From Gemmatimonadota bacterium (lineage in GTDB: Bacteria; Gemmatimonadota; Gemmatimonadetes; Gemmatimonadales; GWC2-71-9), in contig QHVD01000193.1 in assembly GCA_003222235.1 (NCBI GenBank), positions 1 through 33,288 of the forward strand: a DNA stretch of 33,288 bases, in the 5' to 3' direction. The position numbers and the translations under genes were made by a program. This document shows positions 23,826 to 33,029 of this stretch, in pieces; the stretch's first letter is position 1, and every line of letters starts with the position of its first letter. Under the pieces are notes generated by a model, which did not search any database, was not told where the DNA came from, and saw nothing but the letters and a program-made list of their open reading frames with translations.

Positions 23826-25607
23826 ATGAATCGCTTCAAACTGCTGTCCGGCGGACTCGCTGCGAGTCTCTTGGTGCTCGTAGCAGCGTCTGCCGTCGCT
23901 CAGTCGCTGGAGAGTCCTCCGGCTGGGCAGTGGTGGTCCACGGGTCGAACGTACGACCTGCAGCGGTATAGTTCCCTCAGCCAGATCAACCGGACGACTG
24001 TGAAGAACCTCAAGGCCTCGTGGACGTTTTCGACCGGCGTCTTGAACGGTCACGAGGGAAACCCGCTGGTCATCAACAACGTGATGTACGTGCACAGCGC
24101 CTTCCCGAACATCGTGTACGCGCTCGATCTGACCAAGCCGGGCGCGCCGATGATCTGGAAGCACGTGCCGAGCCAGCCCGCCGAGGCGAAGCCGATCGCG
24201 TGCTGCGATCTCGTGAACCGCGGCGTCGCTTACCATTCGAGCGGCAAGCTGTTCATCGAGCTCTTGGCGGGCGACCTGCTGGCGCTCGATGCGAAGACCG
24301 GCAAGCAGATCTGGCGGGTTCCGCACGCCGACTACAAGACCGGCTCGACGATGACCAACGCCCCACTCGTGGTGAAGGACATCGTGATCGCGGGGATCTC
24401 GGGCGGCGAGTTCGGAGTCCGCGGCCGCGTCAGCGGGTTCGACGTCAACACCGGCCAGAAGAAGTGGACGATGTACAGCACCGGGCCCGACGCTGAAGTC
24501 GGGATCGAAGGCAACGCCAACGAGAACTACGCGTCGCATCGCGGGAAGGACCTCGGCGTCAGCACGTGGCAGGGCGACGAGTGGCAGCGCGGCGGCGGGA
24601 CCACGTGGGGTTGGTATTCGTATGACCCCGAGCTGAACCTGTTCTACTACGGCAGCGGCAACCCGGGGAGCTGGAACCCGGATCAGCGTCCCGGCGACAA
24701 CAAGTGGTCGATGACGATATGGGCCCGCAACCCCGAAACCGGAAAGGTCAAGTGGGCCTACCAGATGACGCCGCACGACGAGTGGGACTACGACGGCGTC
24801 AACGAGATGGTCCTCGCCGACCTGACGATCGGTGGCAGGCCGGTGAAGGCGCTCGTGCACTTCGACCGCAACGGCTTCGGCTACACGCTCGACCGGACCA
24901 ACGGCAAGGTGCTGGTCGCCGAGCCCTTCGGGCCGGTGAACTGGGCCTCGAAGATCGACCTCACGACCGGCGTCCCGGTACGCAACGCGACGTACGGGAC
25001 GACCTCGAAGAAGAACACCGAGGGTATCTGCCCGGCCGCCATCGGCTTCAAGGACCAGCAACCCTCGGCGTTCTCCCCGCAGACGAAGCTCTTCTACGTG
25101 CCGACGAACAACATCTGCATGGATTACGAGGGCGTAGAGGTGAAGTACTCGGCCGGCCAACCCTACGTCGGCGCGATCGTGCGCATGTATCCGGGCCCCG
25201 GCGGCAACCGCGGCCGGTTCATCGCGTGGGATCCGACGGTCGGCAGGGTCAAGTGGGAGATCAAGGAGAACCTCGCGGCGTACGGCGGCGCCCTGGCGAC
25301 GGCCGGCGGCGTGGTGTTCTACGGGACGATGGAAGGCTGGCTCAAGGCGGTTGATGCCACCACCGGCACCGAGCTGTGGAAGTTCAAGTGCCCGTCGGGC
25401 ATCATCGGCAACCCGATGACCTACCTGGGGCCCGACGGCAAGCAGTACGTCGCCGTGCTCTCCGGGGTAGGCGGCTGGGCGGGGGCCGGCATTGCGCTCG
25501 GCATCACTCCGGACGATCCCACGGCCGCCCTTGGGGCCATCGGCGCGTTCGGGGACTACACCAACATCAGCAACGCGGGCGGCACGCTGCTCGTGTTTGG
25601 CCTGTAG
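23826..25607 (+). CDS. xoxF: PQQ-dependent methanol dehydrogenase, lanthanide-type (XoxF)
   Basis: Signal peptide MNRFKLLSGGLAASLLVLVAASAVAQ. Has the vicinal-cysteine IACCDLVNRG motif. PHDEWDYDGVNEM carries the extra Asp (DYD) diagnostic of XoxF, where MxaF has Ala. ATG 23826 has GAGG 6 nt upstream; the ORF track opens at ATG 23814. Confidence 0.9.
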   Translation: MNRFKLLSGGLAASLLVLVAASAVAQSLESPPAGQWWSTGRTYDLQRYSSLSQINRTTVKNLKASWTFSTGVLNGHEGNPLVINNVMYVHSAFPNIVYALDLTKPGAPMIWKHVPSQPAEAKPIACCDLVNRGVAYHSSGKLFIELLAGDLLALDAKTGKQIWRVPHADYKTGSTMTNAPLVVKDIVIAGISGGEFGVRGRVSGFDVNTGQKKWTMYSTGPDAEVGIEGNANENYASHRGKDLGVSTWQGDEWQRGGGTTWGWYSYDPELNLFYYGSGNPGSWNPDQRPGDNKWSMTIWARNPETGKVKWAYQMTPHDEWDYDGVNEMVLADLTIGGRPVKALVHFDRNGFGYTLDRTNGKVLVAEPFGPVNWASKIDLTTGVPVRNATYGTTSKKNTEGICPAAIGFKDQQPSAFSPQTKLFYVPTNNICMDYEGVEVKYSAGQPYVGAIVRMYPGPGGNRGRFIAWDPTVGRVKWEIKENLAAYGGALATAGGVVFYGTMEGWLKAVDATTGTELWKFKCPSGIIGNPMTYLGPDGKQYVAVLSGVGGWAGAGIALGITPDDPTAALGAIGAFGDYTNISNAGGTLLVFGL

Positions 25608-25652
25608 GCTAGAGCTGGTGTAGGCCACCGCACCATTCCACTGGCAGATGGG

Positions 25653-25690
25653 CACCCGGTGCCGGAGCGAAGCGGCTCCGGCACCGGGTG
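25653..25690 (+). promoter_or_regulatory. Perfect 16-bp intercistronic stem-loop between xoxF and xoxJ
   Basis: CACCCGGTGCCGGAGC, loop GAAGCG, then GCTCCGGCACCGGGTG. There is no downstream U-tract, so it is not a classical intrinsic terminator. Confidence 0.6.
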
Positions 25691-25734
25691 TAGTACATTC
25701 GGTGAATCCAGTCGCACCCACGTGCCGGAGAGCG

Positions 25735-26556
25735 ATGAGACCGATCAAGCTCCTTGGACCAATCGTCCTGGCCGCCGTCGTGGCCGGCATGACGCAGAGC
25801 GTCCCTCCCCGGCCGCTCACCGACCTGAGAATCTGCGGCGACCCCTACAACATGCCCTTCTCGAACGACCGCGAAGAGGGGTTTGAGAACAAGATCGCGC
25901 ACGTCGTCGCGCAGGATCTGAACGCCACCGTGATCAACTACTGGTGGCCGGAGCGGCGCGGGTTCCTGCGGAACTCCATCCTCGCCGGGTTCTGCGACGT
26001 GCTCATCAACGTTCCCGTCGGCCTCGATCCCGTCGCGACGACCAAGGCGTATTACCGCTCCACCTACTACTTCGTGTACCGCACCGATCGTGGGTTGAAC
26101 CTCCACTCGCTCGACGATACGCTGCTCAAGCACCTGAAGATCGGCGTGAACATGATCGGCTACGACTACACCAACACGCCACCGGCGCACGCGCTGGGCT
26201 CCCGGGGCGTCGTGGGCCTCGTCGGCTTCGGGAACTTCCTGAACCCGGACCCCAAGGCCGACCATCCCCAGGACATCGTCGACGCCGTCGCGAAGGACTC
26301 GATCGACGTGGCGATCGTGTGGGGCCCCAAGGCCGGCTACTGGGTGAAGCGGGAAGCGGTGCCGCTCACGATGGTCCCGCTCCCGGACTCGGACGCCGTC
26401 TCCGGCATGCCGTTCGCGTTCGACATGGCGATGGGCGTCCGGCACCGGGACAAGGCGCTCAAGGCACAGCTCGACTCCGTGATCGATCGCCGGCGGGGCG
26501 AGATCGTCGCAATCCTGCGCGACTACAGCGTGCCAATGCTCGAGCCGCACCCGTAG
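25735..26556 (+). CDS. xoxJ: MoxJ/XoxJ-like periplasmic substrate-binding protein associated with quinoprotein dehydrogenases
   Basis: ATG 25735 follows GGAG. Has a signal peptide, then LRICGDPYNMPFSN..GFENKIAHVVAQDL..YWWPERRGFLRNS..CDVLINVP. Confidence 0.8.
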   Translation: MRPIKLLGPIVLAAVVAGMTQSVPPRPLTDLRICGDPYNMPFSNDREEGFENKIAHVVAQDLNATVINYWWPERRGFLRNSILAGFCDVLINVPVGLDPVATTKAYYRSTYYFVYRTDRGLNLHSLDDTLLKHLKIGVNMIGYDYTNTPPAHALGSRGVVGLVGFGNFLNPDPKADHPQDIVDAVAKDSIDVAIVWGPKAGYWVKREAVPLTMVPLPDSDAVSGMPFAFDMAMGVRHRDKALKAQLDSVIDRRRGEIVAILRDYSVPMLEPHP

Positions 26557-26602
26557 CCGCGGGGCGCCGCAGCACTCGACGGCCAACCCGGGAGACCGAG
26601 AC

Positions 26603-27076
26603 GTGAAGAAGAGTCGGCAGCTGCTGAGGAGCGGCGTGTTGGGGACGTGGCTCGCGGGTGCGGCCATCATCGCGTGGGGGGGGGCGCCGCAGAGCGCGCC
26701 CCGGAGCGCCGCGCCCACGCCATCGGCGCGGGACACCGGGCCGGACAGCCTCCTCGTTTCGGACTCGATCTATCAGGGATGGAAGTGGTTCCACGTGTAC
26801 TGCTATCGCTGCCATGGCGAGGACGCGATCGGCGGAGTCAACCCTGCTGCCCCCGACCTGCGCTGGGTGCTGAGCCCGTCCGGGGCGGCCTATCCGCGGG
26901 ACTCCTTCGAGTACACCGCGCTGAACGGCCGCCTCGACAAAGGGATGCCGGCGTGGAAGGTCCTGCTCGACACATCGGCCGTGAAAGAGCTATACCTCTA
27001 CGTCAAGGCGCGGAGCGACGGCTGGCTCAAGCCGGGACGACCGCACCGCGAGTTGGACCTCAAGAAGAGCCCGTGA
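26603..27076 (+). CDS. xoxG: Periplasmic mono-haem c-type cytochrome (XoxG-like electron acceptor)
   Basis: 157 aa with a GTG start after GGGAG, a signal peptide and a single CYRCHG haem-binding site. Positioned after xoxJ. Confidence 0.7.
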   Translation: MKKSRQLLRSGVLGTWLAGAAIIAWGGAPQSAPRSAAPTPSARDTGPDSLLVSDSIYQGWKWFHVYCYRCHGEDAIGGVNPAAPDLRWVLSPSGAAYPRDSFEYTALNGRLDKGMPAWKVLLDTSAVKELYLYVKARSDGWLKPGRPHRELDLKKSP

Positions 27077-27834
27077 GCACGGGCGGGACACGTCTCGCTC
27101 TGAAAGCGGCGTTGGCGGGCCTGCTCGCGGCCGCGGCAACCCCTGCCGGCGCCACCGCACAAGAGCGCCTCACCCGCGAGCTGGTGCTCGCCGCCTTGAA
27201 GGACGCCACGCCCGACCACCCCGCCGACTTCACGGGCCGGGACCTCTCCGGGCTCGACCTGAGCGGGATCGACTTCAAGCGGGCGAACCTCTCCAGGTGC
27301 CGGCTCGTGGGGACGAAGCTCGCGAAGGCGCAGCTCTTCTCCGTCACGCTCTCCGACGCCATGGCGACGGGAGCGGATTTGAGCGGGGCGAACCTCGACG
27401 TGGCCGTCATGTACCGCGTGGACATGCGCCATGCGATCCTGCGCGACGCGAGCCTGTTCGCGACCATCGCGGACGACGGCGACTTCTCGGACGCGGACCT
27501 GACACGCGCCCGCATCGTCTCGCCCATGTCCCACGCGACTTTCGCCCGCGCAAAACTGACCCAGGCGAACCTCGGCGCCGACCCCGGGAACCAGTCGATG
27601 GGGGTCATGCGCACGGACGCCACGGGGGCCGATTTCACCGGTGCCGATCTCTCGGGCGCGAACCTGCGCAAGGCCCTGATGATCCGAGCCGATCTCACCG
27701 GCGCCGACCTGACGGACGCCGAGGTGAGCGGGGCCGATCTGACGGGCGCCATCCTGCGCAACATCCGGGGACGCGAGCGGATTCGCGGGCTCGACCGAGC
27801 CCTCCACGTCGATCAGGCCGTCTTCAACGACTGA
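27073..27834 (+). CDS. Secreted pentapeptide-repeat protein
   Basis: GTG 27073 overlaps the cytochrome stop (GTGA). Signal peptide ends ...AATPAGATAQE. This is followed by many A(D/N)LxX-type units (ADLSGANLDVA, ADFTGADLSGANLRKA, ADLTGADLTDAEVSGADLTGA). Confidence 0.85.
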   Translation: MSTGGTRLALKAALAGLLAAAATPAGATAQERLTRELVLAALKDATPDHPADFTGRDLSGLDLSGIDFKRANLSRCRLVGTKLAKAQLFSVTLSDAMATGADLSGANLDVAVMYRVDMRHAILRDASLFATIADDGDFSDADLTRARIVSPMSHATFARAKLTQANLGADPGNQSMGVMRTDATGADFTGADLSGANLRKALMIRADLTGADLTDAEVSGADLTGAILRNIRGRERIRGLDRALHVDQAVFND

Positions 27835-27847
27835 ACAGGAAGCGGCG

Positions 27848-28813
27848 ATGATCCTCGCGCAGTACCGCACCTCGCTGCTGCTGCCGCTCGCCCTCGCCAG
27901 CGCCGTCTCCCGGCGGGCGCGCGATCCCCTGCTGTACTGCAGCAACGAAGTGAGCAACACCATCAGCGTGATCTCCCCCAAGACCAACACGGTGATCGCC
28001 ACGATCCCGGTCGGCAAGCGGCCGCGCGGCATGGCCCTCAGCCCGGATCGACGCACCGTGTACGTCGCTCTGGGTCAGGACGACGCCATCGGCGTGATCG
28101 ACGTGACGAAGGCCGCGATGAGCCGTACCATGCCGGCGGGACGGGACCCGGAGCTCGTGGCGGAGAGCCCCGACGGCAAGACCCTCTACGTGTCGAACGA
28201 GGAGATCGCCCACGCCTCGGCCGTAGACGCCGCGACCGGGAGGATGCTGTTCTCAACGCCCGTCGGCGTGGAGCCGGAGGGGATCGGCGTGTCACCCGAC
28301 GGCTCGAAGGTCTACGTCACTGCGGAGACGAGCAGCACCGTGAGCGTGCTCGACGCCAAGAGCGGCCGCCTGCTCCGCACGATCCGCGTGGGCGAGAACC
28401 CCCGCACCGTGGCGTTCACGCCCGACGGGCGTCGGGCCTACGTGACGGCGGAGGCCGGAGGCAACGTCACCGTGATAGACGTCGCGACCGACTCGATCGT
28501 CGCCCAATTCCCCATCCGGGACGGCAAGACGAAGCCGGTGCGAATCGCGTTCACGCCCGACGGCCGTTACGCCTACCTGACCGAGGGCGCCGCCAGCACG
28601 GTGAGCGTGCTCGACGTGGCCACGGGCAAGGTGACCGACACGATCCCCGTCGGGCGGCGCCCCTGGGGCCTCGCCTTGTCGCCCGACGGCCGCCGTATCT
28701 ACACGGCCGACGGGCGCTCCAACCAGGTGTCGGTGATCGATGCAGCGACGCGCAAGGTGCTCGCCACGATCCCGGTAGGCGACCGGCCGAACGACCTGCT
28801 CTACATCCCCTAA
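27848..28813 (+). CDS. YVTN-family beta-propeller repeat protein (PQQ-dependent-catabolism-associated type)
   Basis: 321 aa with a signal peptide. Shows about seven repeats of the form ..I.VG..P.G.A.SPDG...YV.N..S..VSVID.... Confidence 0.85.
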   Translation: MILAQYRTSLLLPLALASAVSRRARDPLLYCSNEVSNTISVISPKTNTVIATIPVGKRPRGMALSPDRRTVYVALGQDDAIGVIDVTKAAMSRTMPAGRDPELVAESPDGKTLYVSNEEIAHASAVDAATGRMLFSTPVGVEPEGIGVSPDGSKVYVTAETSSTVSVLDAKSGRLLRTIRVGENPRTVAFTPDGRRAYVTAEAGGNVTVIDVATDSIVAQFPIRDGKTKPVRIAFTPDGRYAYLTEGAASTVSVLDVATGKVTDTIPVGRRPWGLALSPDGRRIYTADGRSNQVSVIDAATRKVLATIPVGDRPNDLLYIP

Positions 28814-29355
28814 CCGAGCCGGGTCCGGGCGAGCCAGGAGCCCGAGTGCCGGGTCCGCACCCAGCCGTCGACTCCCCAGTGGCGGCCAGCGCGGCTCGCC
28901 ATGATGGCGACGAGACTCACCAGCAGCGTGTAGTGAAACCCCTGCTGCGCCGACCCCTGCCACTGCACGGCCAATCCGTAGTTCAGGACCAGAAACATGC
29001 CTATCCCCGACGCCATGGCCGTCAGGCAGCCGAAGACGAGTCCCAGGCCGACTGCGGTCTCCCCGAAGGCCGTGAGCTGGGCGAAGAGGTTGCTGTGCGG
29101 GATCACGACCTTCTGCATGAACTCCCGGAACAAGGCGACGGGGTTACCTTCGGCGTATTTCGCGACGAGAATCGGCATCAGGTGAATCCAGCGGTCCGAA
29201 GCGCTGGGGACGGGGAGAAAGCCCCACAGCAGGATCACGGAGAGCTTGGTGAAGAGCGCCTTCACGAACCACAGCCCGATGGCGATCCGTAGAAACGCCA
29301 GCCAGCGCTCGGGCGAGCGCAGCGGGGGGGAGGACACACTCGCCTGGGAATCCAT
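28810..29355 (-). CDS. DoxX-family integral membrane protein
   Basis: 181 aa with four hydrophobic segments. Contains LRIAIGLWFV...FGETAVGLGLVFG, a DoxX/DoxD-like pattern. Confidence 0.7.
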   Translation of the reverse strand: MDSQASVSSPPLRSPERWLAFLRIAIGLWFVKALFTKLSVILLWGFLPVPSASDRWIHLMPILVAKYAEGNPVALFREFMQKVVIPHSNLFAQLTAFGETAVGLGLVFGCLTAMASGIGMFLVLNYGLAVQWQGSAQQGFHYTLLVSLVAIMASRAGRHWGVDGWVRTRHSGSWLARTRLG

Positions 29356-29442
29356 CAGCTCGTTACGTCTCCGGGGCCCGGGTCAGCGTGGAAGATGGGG
29401 CCGGCCCGGCGGGCGGGCAACGGATGTCCCGCGGCGCGAGAC

Positions 29443-30782
29443 TCACTTCCCGACGCAGAAGCTCGCGAACACACGGTCCAGCACGTCGTCCGGTGTCACG
29501 ACCCCGATCAGGTCGTCGAGCGCGCCCACCGAAGCGCGCAAGTGGGTTGCGGCGGCGGCGGCATCCACGCCCTCCGTCCGCGCGCTCCAGAACGCGTCGA
29601 TCTCCGCGAGCGCGCGTTGCAGCGCCATGCGGTGCCGCGCGCGCGTCACCACCGGCTCCACGTCGCCGATGCTGAGCAGCCGGCCGAACGCCGCTTCGGC
29701 GAGCCTGCGCTTCAGCTCGGCGAGCCCGGCGCCGGTGACGACCGACACGGCGAGGCGGTCGGGCGGACGGGCGCTCGAGCGGTCGGCGAGATCGATCTTG
29801 GTCTCGACGAGCACCGCCGGGGCCCCGCAGCACGCCAGGAATTCGTCGCGCACCGAACGGTCCCACTCCTCGCGTCCCGCACCGTCGGCTGCTTCACAGA
29901 ACAGGATGAGGTCCGCGGCGCCAAGGTATCTGCGAGAAACCTCGATCCCGAGCTTTTCGACCCGGTCCGTGCTTTCGCGCAGCCCCGCTGTGTCCACCAG
30001 GCGGAACGGGAAGCCCTCGACCACGGCGTGCGCCTCGATGGCGTCGCGCGTGGTTCCTGGAATCTCCGTTACGATCGCGCGCTCGTTGCCGAGCAGCGCG
30101 TTGAACAGGGAAGACTTTCCGGCGTTGGGCGGGCCCGCGATCACGAGCAGGGCTCCCTCTCGCAGCCGCTCGCCCTCGGGTGCGGTCGCTGCCAGCCCGG
30201 CGATCCGATCGCGCACCGCGCGCCAGGCGCGCTGCACCCGCTCCGCACCGACGGGGCCCTCGTCCTCTTCCGGGAAGTCGATCTCGTAGGCGATCAGCGC
30301 CTCGAGCTCGAGGAGCGGCGAGACAGTCCGCGCTCGAGCTGCTGCAGCGCGTGTCGGCGCTGCGCGGGCGACCCCGCGTCGATCAGGTCGGCGGTCGCTT
30401 CGGCCTGGACCAGGTCGAGCTTCCCGTTCAGGACCGCGCGCCGAGTGAATTCCCCGGGTGCGGCGAGCCGCGTGCCGGCGGCCACCAGCGCCGCCACCGC
30501 TTCGGCCGGCACGAGCAGCCCGCCGTGCGTCGAAATCTCGACCAGGTCCTGCCCGGTGTAGGAGCGCGGCGCCGGAAAGCAGGCCGCGAGCACGTCATCG
30601 ACGAGCTCCGCGGTGATCGGATGCAGGAGGTGCGCGCGGCGCGCGGTCCGCGGGGGCGTGCGAGAGAACGGCCGCAGGCAGCGACTCGCGACGTCGAACG
30701 CGCCCGCCCCCGACAGGCGGATCACGGCGACGGCGGACCGGCCGGGGGGCGTGGCGAGCGCCACGATGGGATCAGAGAGCAC
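29443..30782 (-). pseudogene. mnmE: tRNA modification GTPase MnmE (TrmE), reading frame interrupted near 30300-30325
   Basis: The N-terminal ORF 30294..30782 reads PIVALATPPGRSAVAVIRLSG. The C-terminal ORF 29443..30237 reads IAGPPNAGKSSLFNAL, TEIPGTTRD, DTAGLR and ends FCVGK. The C-terminal frame continues upstream as LLELEALIAYEIDFPEED. The span is 1340 nt, i.e. 3n+2. Confidence 0.85.
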
Positions 30783-30784
30783 GG

Positions 30785-32463
30785 CTACGTGCGCCGCCCC
30801 TGCTCGCGCAGGCGCCGCCGGGCGATGAGGTACTGCTGGGGAATGCTGAACAGGTTCTGGACCGCGTAGTAGAGGTTCAGCCCCGAAGCGAAGTCATGAA
30901 GACCGGCATGAAATACACCATCGTCTTCGTCTTCGGGTTGGGCGGCACCCCGATCTGCCCGATCTTGGACAGCGCGAACATCGACACCCCCATCACGATC
31001 GGGATGATGTAATACGGGTCGGCCCGCGACAGATCGGGGAGCCACAGAAACGGCACGCCCCGGAACTCGATCGTGTTCGCGAACACGAAGTACAGCGCGA
31101 ACAGCACCGGCATGGGGAGCAGCATCGGCAGGCAGCCGCCGAACGGATTGACGTTGTGCTCCTTGTAGATCTTCATCATCTCGCGCTGCAGGCGGTCTGG
31201 CTCCTTCTTGTAGCGCTCCTGAGTCTCCTTGATGAGCGGCGCCACCGCCTGCATCCGGATGCTCGACTCCATCGCCTTCTGGTTCAGCGGCCAGAGCAGC
31301 GCGCGCACCATGATGCCGAAGATCACGAGCACCCATCCGTATGCGAGGCTCAGGCGGTCGTGCATCCAGATCAGGATGTTCACGACGAGCGCCGAGACCG
31401 GCTGGATGATCGGTCGCAGAAACCCGCCGTAGGGATTCGCGTCGTCCAGATCGTGCCCCAGGTGCGCGAGCCGGCGGTATTCCAGCGGCCCCACATACAG
31501 CCGGTAGCGGAAGTCCCCCGCCGGCGGCACGGGGAGCGTGAGCGCGAGCGACACCCGCGTCTCGGTGCCCGCACGGCCGCCCAGCAGGGACGACGACGTC
31601 ACTTCCACCGGGCCGCCCACGGCGATGCCTCCGCCGAACTGCGGCGCGTTCTCTTCGGACGCGAGCGCCGCAAGGAGGAAGTACTTCGACTTGACGCCCG
31701 CCCACTCGAACGGGCCGTCGAGGAGCTTCACGCTTCCGGGCTTGAAGGACTGGAACGACGTGCTCTGCGTCCTGCCCGCCTTGGTCACCACCCCGAAGTG
31801 GTGGAAGTCGTCCATCGAGTCGGCCTCGACCGAGCGTAGTCCGTCGCCCAGCCCCACGAGCAGCACGGCACCCTGCGACCCGAGCCCCGTCACGTTGCCG
31901 CGCACCTCGAAGTGGTACTCCCCCGGCAGAAAGACGTAGTCGAGAGTCACCCGGGCCCCGCCGCGCACGGCCGTGAAGGTCAGGGGCACGCTCTCCGTCC
32001 CCGTGTCGGGAACCCGCACGAGCCGGGCGTTGGGCGTGAAGCTCCAGTCGGCAAGCGAGACCGTGTCCGCCCCGAGGAGGATCGAATGCGCGAGCAACGG
32101 CCGGCCCGGCGGCACGAGCTGCACGGGGCGCCCCGAATCGCCGGCTGCAAAGGACCGATACTCAGGGAGCTCCGCCAGGACGAGCCGCGCTCCCGCGGTG
32201 CTCAAGCCAAGGCGGTAGCGCGACGACGTCACCCAAACCGTCTCCGCGGGAACGCCGACGGACGCTCGGACGGGCGGACGGGCGGACGGGGCGGACGGTA
32301 GCGTTGGAGCGGCGGCCGATTCCGCCACGGCCGGCATCCGGGTGGTGTCCCCAACCGCCCGCCCGCCTGTCTGCCTGACCACCTTTTTCGGCGGAGACAA
32401 GATGCTCGGCAGCACTGCCACGATAAGCATCAGAACGATTGCCAGAATGACGCGTCGCTCCAC
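30785..32463 (-). pseudogene. yidC: Membrane protein insertase YidC, reading frame interrupted near 30885-30900 (last ~40 codons in another frame)
   Basis: ORF 30877..32463 carries the N-terminal TM, the periplasmic domain and LLWPLNQK..MQ..P....Q..YK.....Q.E.M.YKE..NP..GCLP.L. The conserved tail FASGLNLYYAVQNLFSIPQQYLI is encoded in the frame of ORF 30785..31705. The span is 1679 nt, i.e. 3n+2. Confidence 0.85.
32267..32290. repeat. Tandem octamer repeat (CGGACGGG)x3, second copy of the 24-mer at 20435-20458
   Basis: Direct reading. Lies in the region of yidC that encodes the low-complexity linker PSAPSARPPVRAS. Confidence 0.8.
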
Positions 32464-32470
32464 GGGACTC

Positions 32471-32695
32471 CTAGGGCACGGGGTCGTACCCGCCTCGGTG
32501 CAGCGGGTGGCAACGGAGGATGCGCTTGATGCCGAGCCAACTTCCCTTCAGCGCTCCGTAGCGCTCGACCGCCTCCAAGGTGTAGCGCGAGCACGACGGC
32601 GTGAAGCGACACTGGAACACCCGATGCGAGACGGTCATCTGGTATCCACGTATCGCGAGCATCACCGCGAGCCGCGGCCAGCGACCGGGGCTCAC
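32471..32695 (-). CDS. yidD: Membrane protein insertion efficiency factor YidD
   Basis: 74 aa with YQ..VS....[34 protein letters not shown]...GGYDPVP. GTGA overlap with the rnpA stop. Confidence 0.9.
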   Translation of the reverse strand: MSPGRWPRLAVMLAIRGYQMTVSHRVFQCRFTPSCSRYTLEAVERYGALKGSWLGIKRILRCHPLHRGGYDPVP

Positions 32696-33000
32696 GTGAT
32701 CCGGCCCACAACGGCGGTCAATTCGGCGCGGAGGACTGCGAACGGGGCGGCGTAGGCGCTGGGCTTGGCGCGCACCACGATATCTACCGGGGAAAGCACG
32801 GGAAGCGCGTGGCGTCTAAGAATCTCTCTCAAGCGGCGGCGCAACCGATTCCGGGCCGGCGCCGTGAACCGGAACCGAGGGACGACGATCCCTGTCCGCG
32901 GGCGGCCCGTGGCGTTGGGGCGCCAGGCCAAGTCGAGATGCGGGGTGTGCAACCGGCGACCCTGATCCCAGCAGGCTTTGAGCTCCGAGCCGCGCGCCAG
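32692..33000 (-). CDS. rnpA: Ribonuclease P protein component (start codon unresolved)
   Basis: Contains [29 protein letters not shown]...[20 protein letters not shown], the RnpA pattern with the RNR motif. The frame is open up to 33243, but there is no ATG/GTG/TTG between the rpmH stop (33030) and the conserved block. CTG at 33000 is used here as the minimal boundary. Confidence 0.7.
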   Translation of the reverse strand: MARGSELKACWDQGRRLHTPHLDLAWRPNATGRPRTGIVVPRFRFTAPARNRLRRRLREILRRHALPVLSPVDIVVRAKPSAYAAPFAVLRAELTAVVGRIT

Positions 33001-33029
33001 CCGGGCACGGCGCGGAAACCGCTCGACCG

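Noticed and set aside
23723-23971. 82-aa ORF overlapping the xoxF start region.
   Set aside because: It is out of frame with and overlaps the well-supported xoxF signal peptide. It has no motif content and no ribosome-binding site.
30785-31705. The 306-aa ORF could be read as an independent gene between mnmE and yidC.
   Set aside because: Only its last ~40 codons (FASGLNLYYAVQNLFSIPQQYLI...) look like real protein, and they are the missing YidC C-terminus. The rest is out-of-frame overlap with yidC.
29443-32463. Programmed ribosomal frameshifting as an explanation for the split mnmE and yidC (and the ATP-grasp gene).
   Set aside because: There is no slippery heptamer, no stimulatory SD or pseudoknot arrangement, and no precedent in these families. 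Three 3n+2 spans in 33 kb fit single-base deletion errors better.
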